Assembly: GCA_910584295.1 (NCBI GenBank)
Contig: CAJTYR010000007.1
Coordinates: forward strand, 4,469-68,468
Direction of reading: 5' to 3'
DNA from: an uncultured Christensenella sp.
GTDB taxonomy: Bacteria > Bacillota > Clostridia > Christensenellales > UBA1242
Length of the DNA: 64,000 nucleotides
This document shows positions 1 to 9,517 of the stretch, in pieces. Made by a program: the position numbers and the translations under genes. The notes under the pieces are model-generated. The model searched no databases. It worked only from the letters and a program-made list of their open reading frames with translations, and was not told where the DNA came from. How positions within the stretch are numbered: position 1 is the stretch's first letter; the number at the start of each line of letters is the position of its first letter.

Positions 1-1
1 G

Positions 2-205
2 CCAGACTACGATAATCTATTATTGCTGTCAAAGTTTTTTGGAGTAACATTGGACTATTTATCAGATAGCAAGGCAGAGAGTAAGATTGTTATAATAAGG
101 AACAATGGAGGCTACAAGACTTTTTACTTAAACGATAAGGATCTTAATACTTTAGAAGCTTTGGCCGAGTCATTGGATAACAAAAATAAGAACAATAAAG
201 ATTAA
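2..205 (+). CDS. XRE-family HTH regulator, C-terminal part (5' end lies outside the window)
   Basis: Frame is open from the window edge. The motif LLLSKFFGVTLDYL is typical of the last helix of XRE HTH domains. Stop TAA at 203-205. Confidence 0.5.
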   Translation, partial: PDYDNLLLLSKFFGVTLDYLSDSKAESKIVIIRNNGGYKTFYLNDKDLNTLEALAESLDNKNKNNKD

Positions 206-362
206 GATGATAACTGGAAGAATTCGTTATTCTGCAGAAAAGAATGGTAATAAGATTCTTCTAACAAGAGAAATATATTTTTGTATAAGTCAATGAGTTA
301 GGCATTTCATAATTAAAATTGCAGTCAAAGAACTCATAGTATCATTAAATGATATTATAAAG

Positions 363-393
363 AAAAAAAAGCGGTAACTTTACCGCTTTTTTT
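363..393. terminator. Bidirectional intrinsic terminator
   Basis: Hairpin GCGGTA-ACTT-TACCGC (371-386) flanked by an A-run and a T-run. Confidence 0.6.
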
Positions 394-459
394 ATAACAA
401 TGCCAAATGATTCATTATGGAAAACAAATTTTGATTCATAGTTTGTATTTGGCATCCTC

Positions 460-535
460 TGGTGACCCCGCCGGGACTCGAACCCAGAACAACCCCTTAG
501 GAGGGGGCCGTAATATCCTGTTTTACTACGAGGTC
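460..535 (-). tRNA. tRNA-Arg (anticodon CCT)
   Basis: The reverse complement folds as a 76-nt cloverleaf: acceptor GACCTCG/CGGGGTC, anticodon loop CTCCTAA, T-loop TTCGAGT, encoded CCA. On the minus strand a TTGAAA-16 nt-TGTTATACT promoter lies upstream. Confidence 0.9.
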
Positions 536-622
536 TTGTTTTCTTGGGTAGTATAACATATTTTTTGTTTATTTCAAAGCTATTTTATTGTGGATTTTTG
601 AGTTTGTATGCTTTTTGTATGT

Positions 623-657
623 AAAAAAAAGACCGATGGTGTTCGGTCATTTTTTTG
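623..657 (-). terminator. Intrinsic terminator of the lipoprotein gene
   Basis: Hairpin GACCGA-TGGTGT-TCGGTC (631-648). The A-run on the plus strand is a T-run on the minus strand, directly after the stop at 659-661. Confidence 0.7.
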
Positions 658-658
658 T

Positions 659-1576
659 TTAGATTGTTTCAGTATATCCGTTTGCATAAGTGAAAGTCAA
701 TTGTCCATCAGCCAATTTTGCTGTAAATTTTTCTGAAGTTTCACTTTGATTTCTTTGCAATTTAATTTCAAAAGTTGTGTTATCGATTGTTTTCAGTTTG
801 TAGGCAGTCTTTTTTCTTACACCTGTGGTAAGGTCTATAAGTTCGTATTCAAGCTCTGTCTTACCGTTTTTCTTTTCAAGTTCAATTTCTATGTCTTGAA
901 TTTTAACTCCATTTTGATAAATTTTATATTCATACTCGATTTCGTTATCTTCAATTTCTTGTTCCACAATAATATAGTTGTTTTCATCAAGATAAGTTGT
1001 GAACTTGATTGATGTTTCAACTTCTTTTCCTTCAGTTTCAACCGTTCTTTCTCCAGTCACTCTGTATTGATTTTCTTCAGAGACAAGCACTCCTTCAAGG
1101 GTTGTTGAAACTTCAACTTCTTCTTCCTCGTCCTCAATTTCAATGTTTGTTGTGGTTTCTTTTTCATTATAATAGAGTTTAACCGCTTTAGTGCCTTGGA
1201 GATTTGGCAATGTTATTTGCATAACAAAAGTGTAATTGGAAAGACCTTCTGTTGTGTCTGTGTTTTTGGTTGTGGTTTGATCAAGACCATTGTTTTGCAA
1301 TATTTCACTAAACATTGCAATGCAATCTTTTGCACCTTTCACATCATCATCTGAAATGCTTGCAGGTCTTGCAGTTGCTTCAGCAGCGGTTGCTCTTGTT
1401 TTTTCGCTTTGCATGTTTTCAAGATATTCCATGCTTGAAAGAGCGGACAAGGCATAAACTTCTTTTGAAGACACTGAAACAGGATCGGATTTTTTTCCGC
1501 ACGCTGCCAAACCAAAAGCAAGTGGCACACACATCAATGCTCCAAGTGCGACTGCAGCAATTTTTCTTTTTTTCAT
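659..1576 (-). CDS. Lipoprotein, unknown function
   Basis: Internal Met of the 332-aa ORF is preceded by the RBS AAGGAGGG. Signal peptide MKKRKIAAVALGALMCVPLAFGLAAC carries the lipobox LAAC. The mature part is acidic and repeat-like. Confidence 0.8.
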   Translation of the reverse strand: MKKRKIAAVALGALMCVPLAFGLAACGKKSDPVSVSSKEVYALSALSSMEYLENMQSEKTRATAAEATARPASISDDDVKGAKDCIAMFSEILQNNGLDQTTTKNTDTTEGLSNYTFVMQITLPNLQGTKAVKLYYNEKETTTNIEIEDEEEEVEVSTTLEGVLVSEENQYRVTGERTVETEGKEVETSIKFTTYLDENNYIIVEQEIEDNEIEYEYKIYQNGVKIQDIEIELEKKNGKTELEYELIDLTTGVRKKTAYKLKTIDNTTFEIKLQRNQSETSEKFTAKLADGQLTFTYANGYTETI

Positions 1577-1659
1577 AATTTCCCTCCTTATTTTATGATT
1601 AATGCATTGACAAATATATTTTAAAAGAGTTTTTTTTGTCAAAATGATTGTAAACATAT

Positions 1660-2379
1660 TTAAAAGATTTTAAAATCAGAAACTTTTAAATTTTTATTTT
1701 TTTGTTTGCACTTTTTTTTGTTGTTTTTTACAAAGGTTACTACATCATCCAATGAATCCATTTTTTTGAAAGCTTTTTGAGTGCTTTTTGGATCATTAAT
1801 TTTGACATCAGGGATATAAATTACTTTCAAACCAGCGGCGAAAGCGGATTCAATCCCGAGGTCACTGTCTTCAAGTGCGATTGTGTTTTGGGGTAAAGTG
1901 CCGATTTTCTTGCAAGCCACTTGATAAATCTCAGGATGAGGTTTCGATGTCTTGATGTCAAATCCGGTTACGATGCCAGAAAAATATGACATATCAACGC
2001 CAAGAGCAACGAGTTTATCATAGATGTCATCTTTGATGCCAGAGGTTGCAATAGCCATTTTGATTCCTTCATTGTGAAGATATTCCAAAAGATTAAAAAG
2101 ACCCTTTTTTGGTGCAGCTTCATTTTTTAACAGCTCACTTCTGCGAACAAAGAACCATTTACCAAGTTCGTTGAATGAGACATTTTCAGGGAGAATCTTT
2201 TCAACTTTTTGTCCGATGACATCTCGTCTGTTTCCGCAGCAGTGTTTGAAATACCATTCAAGTGAGCCTTCAAAATCACAATCAAAGTGTTTCATTGTCT
2301 CAACAAAAGCTTTTGCATTAATAAATTCAGAATTAAGCATTAAACCATCTATATCAAAAATAAAGCCTTCGATTTTCAT
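1660..2379 (-). CDS. HAD-superfamily hydrolase (beta-phosphoglucomutase-like)
   Basis: HAD motif I FDIDGLMLNSE, motif II IATSG, motif IV EDSDLG. The start could instead be the GTG at 2397. Confidence 0.8.
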   Translation of the reverse strand: MKIEGFIFDIDGLMLNSEFINAKAFVETMKHFDCDFEGSLEWYFKHCCGNRRDVIGQKVEKILPENVSFNELGKWFFVRRSELLKNEAAPKKGLFNLLEYLHNEGIKMAIATSGIKDDIYDKLVALGVDMSYFSGIVTGFDIKTSKPHPEIYQVACKKIGTLPQNTIALEDSDLGIESAFAAGLKVIYIPDVKINDPKSTQKAFKKMDSLDDVVTFVKNNKKKCKQKNKNLKVSDFKIF

Positions 2380-2472
2380 TTCTTCTGTTGTAATCACACT
2401 TTATATTATACATAAATTATATGTTTTGTCAAAACATTGAAAAGAATTTTTTTATTAGTGATGAAAAAATGC

Positions 2473-2526
2473 TTGACAGTTGAATAAGTATTCAATTATA
2501 ATTAAAACGATTGAATACATATTCAA
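2473..2526 (+). promoter_or_regulatory. Promoter with twin ArsR/SmtB-type operators
   Basis: TTGACA (2473-2478), 18 nt, TATAAT (2497-2502). Two 7-2-7 palindromes: TTGAATA-AG-TATTCAA (2480-2495) and TTGAATA-CA-TATTCAA (2511-2526). An imperfect third site starts at 2541. Confidence 0.6.
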
Positions 2527-2568
2527 CTGTTGAAGAGAAATTGAATATATTATTTATAGGAGAATGTA

Positions 2569-2994
2569 ATGAAGAAAAATAATGGACTTTTGAAAAAAAC
2601 AATTGGATGTGACTGCTTTAAAAATAGGATGGAATGTGATTGTGATGTCATACATAATGAGGTTGTTAAAATGGTTAAAAATAGGATGCTTGATGATGAG
2701 ATGCTTTTCTCAATGGCTGACTTCTTTAAGGTTATGTCTGACAGCACAAGGGTTAAAATTTTGAACCTGCTTGAATTGGGAGAACTTTGTGTTTGTGACA
2801 TAGCGTTCATTTTGAACATGACGAAATCAGCAGTGTCTCATCAACTGAAGAATTTGAAAACTGTCAATTTGATTGTGGGAAGAAAACAGGGAAAAGAAGT
2901 TTGGTATTCTCTTGCAGATGATCATGTAAAAAAGGTTTTTGATATCAGTTTGGAACATCTTAAGGAGGGTGCAGATGATGAAAAAGACTGTTAA
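2569..2994 (+). CDS. ArsR/SmtB-family metal-sensing repressor (CadC/CzrA-like)
   Basis: Winged-HTH signature FKVMSDSTRVKILNLLELGELCVCDIAFILNMTKSAVSHQLKNLK. Cys-rich N-terminus (CDCFKNRMECDCDVIH). Overlaps the ATPase gene that follows. Confidence 0.85.
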   Translation: MKKNNGLLKKTIGCDCFKNRMECDCDVIHNEVVKMVKNRMLDDEMLFSMADFFKVMSDSTRVKILNLLELGELCVCDIAFILNMTKSAVSHQLKNLKTVNLIVGRKQGKEVWYSLADDHVKKVFDISLEHLKEGADDEKDC

Positions 2995-5023
2995 AATTGA
3001 AGGACTTGATTGTGCAAATTGTGCAAAAGTTTTGGAGTGTGAATTAAACAAACTTGACGATGTTGAAAATGCACAAATAAATTTCATAAAAAGTGAAATT
3101 GCTTTTGAGACAAAAGATGTTGACAAAGCGCTGAACAATATCATTAAATGTACTAAAAAAGTTGAACCGAATGCGAAAATTCTCACTTCTTCACAAAATA
3201 AATCGAAAAACAAACTTTCTTTTATTATGGGGTTGGGACTTTTTGCTTTTGGTCTTATTTTAGGCGTGTTTGCTTTGGTTTTTGAGAAAAACTTGCCACT
3301 TTGGGCTTTTTGGATGATGTTTGTTCTTTCCGTTTTGATGATGGGATATAAGACTTATTTCAAAGCTTTGCTTCTTCTTTGCAAGGGTGTTGTCAATGAA
3401 AATCTTCTTGTGACAATTTCCGTTGTTGGTGCAACCCTTGTGCATGAGCATATGGAAGGTCTTATGGTTGTTGCGCTTTACACTTTTGGAAAAATATTGG
3501 AGGGGTTGGCAGTCAACAAATCAAGGAAATCAATTGCGGAACTTACCGATTTGACACCGGAATATGCGAACCTAGTTACTGAAGATGGGGTGAAGGTTGT
3601 TTCTCCAAATGAGGTCGCACTTGGAAGCATTTTGCTGGTTAAGGTTGGAGAGAAAATTCCAATTGATGGCAAAGTTATTGATGGGGCTTGCTCGCTTAAT
3701 GTTCAAAGTCTGACAGGCGAAAGTGTGCCTGTTTCAGTCGGAGTTGCGGACAATGTTCTCTCTGGAGCAATTGTGCTTGATGGTGTTTTGAAAATTGAAA
3801 CGACAGCCACTTATGAAAATAGCACTGCTAGTCGAATCATGGATCTGATTGAGCATGCTTCAGAGAAAAAATCCAAGACGGAAACATTCATTTCAAAAAT
3901 GACGAAATGGTATACCTTGGGTGTTATTGCTCTTGCACTTGCGGTGTGGGGAATTGTTTGGGCAGTGACAAAAAATTTGGATAATGCAATTTATCGTGGT
4001 TTGATTTTCTTGGTTGTGTCTTGCCCTTGTGCGTTTGCAATTTCTGTGCCTCTTACTTATTTTTCTGGCATTGGAAATGCTTCAAGAAAAGGAATATTGA
4101 TCAAAGGGTCAAACTATCTTGATGCATGTGCAAAGATGAACATTGTTGCATTTGACAAAACCGGCACTCTCACCACAGGTCAATTTGCTGTTGATAAAAT
4201 CAATGTCTATGACAAAAATATGAAGGAAAATGATGTTTTGATTTTGGCTGGGATTGGTGAGCAATATTCCCTTCATCCACTTGCAAAATCAATTGTGACT
4301 GCTTGTGGCAAAAAACTTCCAAAAGCGAAGAACGTAATCGAAAAGGCTGGAGAGGGTGTCTTCTTTGATTATAAGGATAGACACTATTTTGTTGGAAGAA
4401 AAAACAAAAACTCTTCAAGCACTTTGGTGGAACTTTTTGAAGAAAAGAAAAAACTTGGCGAGATAATTTTGTCAGACACAATTAAGCCGACTGCAACAAT
4501 TGCTTGCAATCAACTTTCTGACATGTCAATTAAAACCGTTATGCTTTCAGGTGATGGAGAAGAGGTGGCAAAAAGTGTTGCTGAAAAAATTGGTGTAAGT
4601 GAATGGCATGGCAGACTTTTGCCAGAAGATAAGTTTAGTTGGATTGAAGAAGCGAAGAAAGACAAGAAAATTTTTGTGGGATATGTGGGAGATGGCATCA
4701 ATGATGCTCCATCTTTGATGCTTGCGGATGTTGGAATAAGTATGGGTATCTCTGGAAGCGGAGCAAGCGTTGAAGCATCCGACATTGTCTTGGTTGATGA
4801 CAATCCGAGCAAAGTTCCGCTTGCAATCAAACTTTCAAAGTTTACAAGAAAAATTGTTTGGCAAAACATCATCCTGTCAGCGGGAATCAAACTTATTTTT
4901 TTGATTTTGGGTGCTGTTGGCGTGACAGGAATGCTTGAGGCGGTTATTGCAGATGTGGGAGTGACGGTTTTGGCGATTTGCAATAGCATGCGAGCTCTTA
5001 AACATACTCCAAAGGAAAAATAA
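2975..5023 (+). CDS. cadA: Heavy-metal (Cd/Zn-type) P1B-type ATPase
   Basis: N-terminal HMA domain (GLDCANC), transmembrane CPC motif (SCPCAF), DKTGTLT phosphorylation site, GDGINDAP hinge. RBS GGAGGG lies ahead of the ATG at 2975. Confidence 0.85.
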   Translation: MMKKTVKIEGLDCANCAKVLECELNKLDDVENAQINFIKSEIAFETKDVDKALNNIIKCTKKVEPNAKILTSSQNKSKNKLSFIMGLGLFAFGLILGVFALVFEKNLPLWAFWMMFVLSVLMMGYKTYFKALLLLCKGVVNENLLVTISVVGATLVHEHMEGLMVVALYTFGKILEGLAVNKSRKSIAELTDLTPEYANLVTEDGVKVVSPNEVALGSILLVKVGEKIPIDGKVIDGACSLNVQSLTGESVPVSVGVADNVLSGAIVLDGVLKIETTATYENSTASRIMDLIEHASEKKSKTETFISKMTKWYTLGVIALALAVWGIVWAVTKNLDNAIYRGLIFLVVSCPCAFAISVPLTYFSGIGNASRKGILIKGSNYLDACAKMNIVAFDKTGTLTTGQFAVDKINVYDKNMKENDVLILAGIGEQYSLHPLAKSIVTACGKKLPKAKNVIEKAGEGVFFDYKDRHYFVGRKNKNSSSTLVELFEEKKKLGEIILSDTIKPTATIACNQLSDMSIKTVMLSGDGEEVAKSVAEKIGVSEWHGRLLPEDKFSWIEEAKKDKKIFVGYVGDGINDAPSLMLADVGISMGISGSGASVEASDIVLVDDNPSKVPLAIKLSKFTRKIVWQNIILSAGIKLIFLILGAVGVTGMLEAVIADVGVTVLAICNSMRALKHTPKEK

Positions 5024-5169
5024 GAGACAAAATAAGAATAAAAACTTATTTAACCAATTAAAATAAAAGAGTAGAAATTGAAAAGGGTTTTTGCTCTTTT
5101 TTCTTAAAGAAGTTGACTATGTGGGGGGCTTTGTGCTATGCTGAAAAAAGATGAAGGAGAGACAAATAA

Positions 5170-5961
5170 ATGAAAAAATTTGGAAAAATTTTCGGTGTTG
5201 CTGCTCTTGCGGTCGCAACACTTACAGCGGGAGCGTTTGGTCTTTCTGGCTGTGGAAATAAAGTTAAGGTGAACGATATTGAAAAATATGTTGCGCAAGA
5301 GACAACAGATAACACCATGAGCGAGGGCTATAAATTTAGAATTAACATGAGTGGTGCACTTGGAACTGATGCTTTTGAAGGAACAATGCAAGGCACAGTT
5401 GTTTTCAGTGGAGAAGAAGGAAGCAGAAGATTGGAAATGGCTCTTGTGGCTTCAACTCCAGCAAGTCAAGGCTCGCCAGCAACATACGCTGAAACTTATG
5501 TGAAAGGTGATTACATCTATGAAAGAGAGAGTGCAACTGATAAATTTACAAAGATTTCCGCAGATTTTGCAGATGTGACAAATGAAGCATCAGATATTCT
5601 TTCAGAATATGAGCGTATGGCAGATTTAACAGCCACAATCAATCAATATCTTATTGCTTGCAAGCAACTTGAAGGACAGGGGTTGAAAATAACAAAAACA
5701 AACAAGAATGGTGTTTTGAAATATTCAGCAACTTGCAAAGCCACAGACGGAACATTTAAATTTGTGCTTGAATACAAAAATGACAAACTTACAAAATTGT
5801 CACTTGATTACAAATTGACCTATCCAACATCACTTGTTATTCAAATGGATTTTGCAGCATATACAGGTGCGGTTGATTTTCCGGCAGATTTGGATGAAAA
5901 TTCAGAAATGCTTCCAACTCCAGAAGAAGGGGAAGGCGGAGAAGAGCAACTTGTTGCATAA
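5170..5961 (+). CDS. Lipoprotein, unknown function (paralogue of 6121-7644)
   Basis: Signal peptide MKKFGKIFGVAALAVATLTAGAFGLSGC with lipobox; RBS GGAGAG. Confidence 0.8.
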   Translation: MKKFGKIFGVAALAVATLTAGAFGLSGCGNKVKVNDIEKYVAQETTDNTMSEGYKFRINMSGALGTDAFEGTMQGTVVFSGEEGSRRLEMALVASTPASQGSPATYAETYVKGDYIYERESATDKFTKISADFADVTNEASDILSEYERMADLTATINQYLIACKQLEGQGLKITKTNKNGVLKYSATCKATDGTFKFVLEYKNDKLTKLSLDYKLTYPTSLVIQMDFAAYTGAVDFPADLDENSEMLPTPEEGEGGEEQLVA

Positions 5962-5969
5962 AATATTTG

Positions 5970-5998
5970 AAAGACTTCCAAACGGAGGTCTTTTTTTG
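5970..5998 (+). terminator. Intrinsic terminator
   Basis: Hairpin AGACTTCC-AAAC-GGAGGTCT followed by a T-run. Confidence 0.7.
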
Positions 5999-6120
5999 TG
6001 GTTTCTTGCAAAATAGCACAGTTTATTGCATTTTTAATTGGTGCTTTTGCATAATATGTGTATTGACACAAACTAGCTTTTGTGTTATTCTTATGACGAA
6101 TTTGTTTTTAGGAGAAAAGT

Positions 6121-7644
6121 ATGAAACGTTTTGGCAAAGTTTTTGGAATCGGGGTTCTCGCTTTTGCAACGCTTACAGCAGGAGTTGTTGGGCTTTCAGG
6201 ATGCGGGGAAAGATGGAAAAATCCAGACAAAGACGATATGCCAGAAGAACCACCGGCAATTGTTGTGCCACCAGAAGAAAAGCCTCTTATTGGTGTTGTT
6301 TCTTTGAAGGAAATTCAAGAATACCTTTCTGACAGCGCAGTGAAAACTACTTTTGATGGACTTAAAATTGTATCTTCAGTGCCAGAAAATGAAAGTGGTG
6401 TGTGTGGACATGAGTTTTATGCCGTTGTTGGCGAGACTCCAGCTCAGACAAAGATGGCAGTGAAGACTTTGTATGAAAATGCCAATGCTGTTACCAATTT
6501 TATCAAAGGCGATGAAAAGGCTGTTTATGTTAAGTCTGAAACTGCAACAGAGGTGCTTACAGAAAAATTGACAACTGCTGAAGAGGTTGAGATTATACTT
6601 TCTGATTTAAACACTATATACACAAATGCGATTGATGTTAAAACGCAATTTGACGGGGTGTTTGCAGAGTGGCAGACCCTTGATAATTTCAGATATTCTG
6701 CAGTTAGAACCAGACTTGGAGAAAATGTTTCTTTTGAAATCGTTTATTCTTACACTGCAAAAGAAGAAGATGCTCAAGACCCAAACATTGTGACAGATGT
6801 TAATTACACAGGCAAGGCGAATATATCTTTTGAAAATTCGGCAGTTGTAAAATATGAGACAATTTTGACGAGACAAGAGAAAGGTAGTTTGACAAAAGAG
6901 ACTTATAAAAATATGGCAGAAAATTTGACGGATTTTGAACTCCCATCTGACCTTGACACCTATGCAGAGCAGATAACTTTGGAAAGTTTCAAAGAATACT
7001 TGAATTATTCATCAACAGTTTCAATTTTCGATAAACTTGGTGTCACAATTACGGAAGGCGGTCACAAAGACAGAATTTTTATGGCAGTTAAAGATGGAGA
7101 ATTCATCAGAACAAAATCAATGAATGTTGATCAAGAAGATGATGTTGTTTATTACTATTTGGGTGAAAGTGGAAAGGCTTACAAAGAAGTTGGAGAAGAG
7201 TTGGTTGAGATTGCAGACGAGACAGAACTTGAAAATTTTGCGAAAAAAAACAATGAATCATTTGAAGGCTATTCGAACGTCAGTCTTATTATAGGAAATC
7301 TTCTTGCAGAAAGTGAAGCAAGTACAAACAAAGATATTGTTGTTAAAAAGAAATCACAAGGCAATAGATTGGAATTTGCGATTGAATTTTTTTATGATGT
7401 TATTGATAGCGTTGACGGCATGAATTATAATTATTCTGGCACAATGATTCTTATTTTTGAAGATAACATGGTGCAGTTGATTGATCTTGTTGCAACACAA
7501 AAAGTTGTTGAAACTGGAGAAATTATTATGGAGCCAAAAGTTGTCATCGAAAGAATAGATTCTCTTGTTTTCCCAGAATTTCCAGCTTCTCCAGAAGTGC
7601 CTGTTGAACCAGGAATCTCAGAAGAGGGTGGAGAGATTGCTTAA
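6121..7644 (+). CDS. Lipoprotein with internally duplicated domain
   Basis: Signal peptide MKRFGKVFGIGVLAFATLTAGVVGLSGC is nearly identical to that of 5170-5961. The two halves share SLKEIQEYLSDSAVKTTFDGLKI vs TLESFKEYLNYSSTVSIFDKLGV, and NYTGKANISFEN vs NYSGTMILIFED. Confidence 0.8.
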   Translation: MKRFGKVFGIGVLAFATLTAGVVGLSGCGERWKNPDKDDMPEEPPAIVVPPEEKPLIGVVSLKEIQEYLSDSAVKTTFDGLKIVSSVPENESGVCGHEFYAVVGETPAQTKMAVKTLYENANAVTNFIKGDEKAVYVKSETATEVLTEKLTTAEEVEIILSDLNTIYTNAIDVKTQFDGVFAEWQTLDNFRYSAVRTRLGENVSFEIVYSYTAKEEDAQDPNIVTDVNYTGKANISFENSAVVKYETILTRQEKGSLTKETYKNMAENLTDFELPSDLDTYAEQITLESFKEYLNYSSTVSIFDKLGVTITEGGHKDRIFMAVKDGEFIRTKSMNVDQEDDVVYYYLGESGKAYKEVGEELVEIADETELENFAKKNNESFEGYSNVSLIIGNLLAESEASTNKDIVVKKKSQGNRLEFAIEFFYDVIDSVDGMNYNYSGTMILIFEDNMVQLIDLVATQKVVETGEIIMEPKVVIERIDSLVFPEFPASPEVPVEPGISEEGGEIA

Positions 7645-7650
7645 TTGTTA

Positions 7651-7682
7651 AAAAAAAAGACTTCAGTTTGAAGTCTTTTTTA
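7651..7682 (+). terminator. Intrinsic terminator
   Basis: Hairpin AGACTTCA-GTT-TGAAGTCT with flanking A- and T-runs. Confidence 0.75.
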
Positions 7683-7797
7683 TTGTCAAAAGCGTAGACA
7701 AAATATAAAAAATTGTATAAATATGCAAAAATTGTTTGATTTATTCATTTTTGTTGTGCTATACTATGAAAGTAATTCAAAGAAACGGAAGAGGGAA

Positions 7798-8376
7798 ATG
7801 GACTTTTTATATTTATTTGATATGATTAATTTTGATGCTTCTGGCAAAATTGACGCTGGTGAAGAGGGGCTTGAAAAAGCTCGCTCAAACTATTTGTATT
7901 TGATAAGCAAATATAATCAAACAATCTTGCAAGAAGAAAATTTGCCAGTGTCTGACTTTTTTAAAACGGAGCTTTCACAAGTTTTGGAAGATGTTGAAAA
8001 TGGCGGAGATTATGAAGGCGCACAAAAGAAAGTTTTGTCAAACTGCCATTTGAAAACGCAACAAATTGCGCTTTCTTCAAACAGTGAAAAGGATTTTATT
8101 TTAAGACTTAATAGTGCGATTTCTGTTAGGGATGAGGCTTTTGCCTGTCTTGTTGGCAAAAATGTCAATCGTCTGCAGTTGGCTTACATAATCACTTCTC
8201 TTTCTGGAAAGGTCGAAAAGAAAATTGAGAAGAGTTTGGATGAGGGAATAAAGTCCAAAAACGAGAAAAGTAAAGTTTTCAAAGACATGATCAAATACAA
8301 TCGTTTGATGCTTACTGCTCAAAAAGTGGAAAGTCATGAGCTTTCTGCAGGTGACCTTTGTCCAGTTGTGGCATAG
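7798..8376 (+). CDS. Hypothetical protein
   Basis: Long ORF. I prefer the internal ATG at 7798, which is preceded by GAAGAGGG. No motif recognised. Confidence 0.5.
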   Translation: MDFLYLFDMINFDASGKIDAGEEGLEKARSNYLYLISKYNQTILQEENLPVSDFFKTELSQVLEDVENGGDYEGAQKKVLSNCHLKTQQIALSSNSEKDFILRLNSAISVRDEAFACLVGKNVNRLQLAYIITSLSGKVEKKIEKSLDEGIKSKNEKSKVFKDMIKYNRLMLTAQKVESHELSAGDLCPVVA

Positions 8377-8562
8377 AGCCTTATTTTTGTGAGAATATAT
8401 CTTTAAATTTGTGAAAAACACTTGACAAACTTATGTGATTTATATAAAATTATAAAGTCCATATTTTGGAGGTGTTTTTTTGTTGTTAGCCCCAATAAAT
8501 GACATTGTTCCAAAATAAATTTATTAAATACATCAAAAAAAAGAAAAATTGAGGGAGAAAAA

Positions 8563-9006
8563 ATGAAAACTTATATGGCAAATCCAGCCACAGTTGAAAG
8601 AAAATGGTATGTTGTTGATGCCAACAAAATGCCACTTGGAAGACTTGCAAGCCAAGTTGCAGACATCTTGACTGGAAAAAATAAAACAATCTACACACCA
8701 CATGTTGACACTGGAGATTTTGTTGTTGTTCTCAATTCTGACAAAGTTGTTTTGACAGGAAAGAAACTTGAACAAAAGAAACTTCGTTGGCACACTGGTT
8801 ATATTGGTGGACTTAAAGAAGTTGGATACGACACTCTTATGAGAACAAACTCTTGCAAAGTTATTGAAAAGGCAGTCAAGGGTATGCTTCCAAAAAATTC
8901 TTTGGGAAGAAAACAAATCACTCGTCTTCATGTTTACAAAGACGAAAATCACAACCACCAAGCACAAAAACCTGAATTGATCACATTAGAAGGAGTAAGG
9001 GAATAA
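8563..9006 (+). CDS. rplM: 50S ribosomal protein L13
   Basis: [20 protein letters not shown]...LGRLAS is a canonical L13 N-terminus. RBS GAGGGAG. A hairpin-containing leader lies upstream (TATTTTGGA...TCCAAAATA). Confidence 0.95.
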   Translation: MKTYMANPATVERKWYVVDANKMPLGRLASQVADILTGKNKTIYTPHVDTGDFVVVLNSDKVVLTGKKLEQKKLRWHTGYIGGLKEVGYDTLMRTNSCKVIEKAVKGMLPKNSLGRKQITRLHVYKDENHNHQAQKPELITLEGVRE

Positions 9007-9416
9007 TGGCTGAAAAGAAACAAAACAAAGTTGGAAGTTTCATTGCAACTGGAAGAAGAAAAAAATCTATTGCCAGAGTTCGTATGACAAGCGGAACTGG
9101 TATCATCACAATCAATGGAAAAAACATTGATGAATATCTTCAAAGAGACACACTCATTCTCATCGCAAAGAGAGCATTGGTGCTTACAAACACTGAAGGT
9201 AAATTTGATGTTGATGTCAATGTTATCGGTGGGGGAATTGCTGGTCAAGCTGGCGCAATTTGCCACGGAATCGCAAGAGCACTTCTTAAAGTGTCTGAAA
9301 CTTACAGAAAAGAACTTAAGGACGCAGGGCTTCTTACTCGTGACCCAAGAATGAAAGAAAGAAAGAAGTATGGTCTCAAGAAGGCAAGAAAAGCTTCACA
9401 GTTCTCAAAGCGTTAA
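9006..9416 (+). CDS. rpsI: 30S ribosomal protein S9
   Basis: TAATG overlap with rplM. C-terminus [24 protein letters not shown] is typical of S9. Confidence 0.95.
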   Translation: MAEKKQNKVGSFIATGRRKKSIARVRMTSGTGIITINGKNIDEYLQRDTLILIAKRALVLTNTEGKFDVDVNVIGGGIAGQAGAICHGIARALLKVSETYRKELKDAGLLTRDPRMKERKKYGLKKARKASQFSKR

Positions 9417-9426
9417 TATTTCAAAG

Positions 9427-9452
9427 CAAGAGCAAAATGCTCTTGTTTTTTA
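9427..9452 (+). terminator. Intrinsic terminator
   Basis: Hairpin CAAGAGC-AAAAT-GCTCTTG followed by a T-run. Confidence 0.75.
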
Positions 9453-9517
9453 TTTTAAATATTGATTTCTTTTTGAAATTCTAAATGCTTATGCTATAAT
9501 TTTTTTGAGGAGTGATT

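Noticed and set aside
207-296. 29-codon ORF beginning just after the stop of the first XRE fragment
   Set aside because: It is too short, has no RBS, and has no recognisable features.
3260-4989. Several 60-159 aa ORFs antisense to, or out of frame with, cadA
   Set aside because: The sense frame encodes a complete P-type ATPase with all signature motifs, and the overlapping frames lack an RBS.
5967-6332. 121-aa ORF overlapping the terminator and the start of the second lipoprotein gene
   Set aside because: It is out of frame with a gene that has a clear signal peptide and RBS, and it starts within the terminator.
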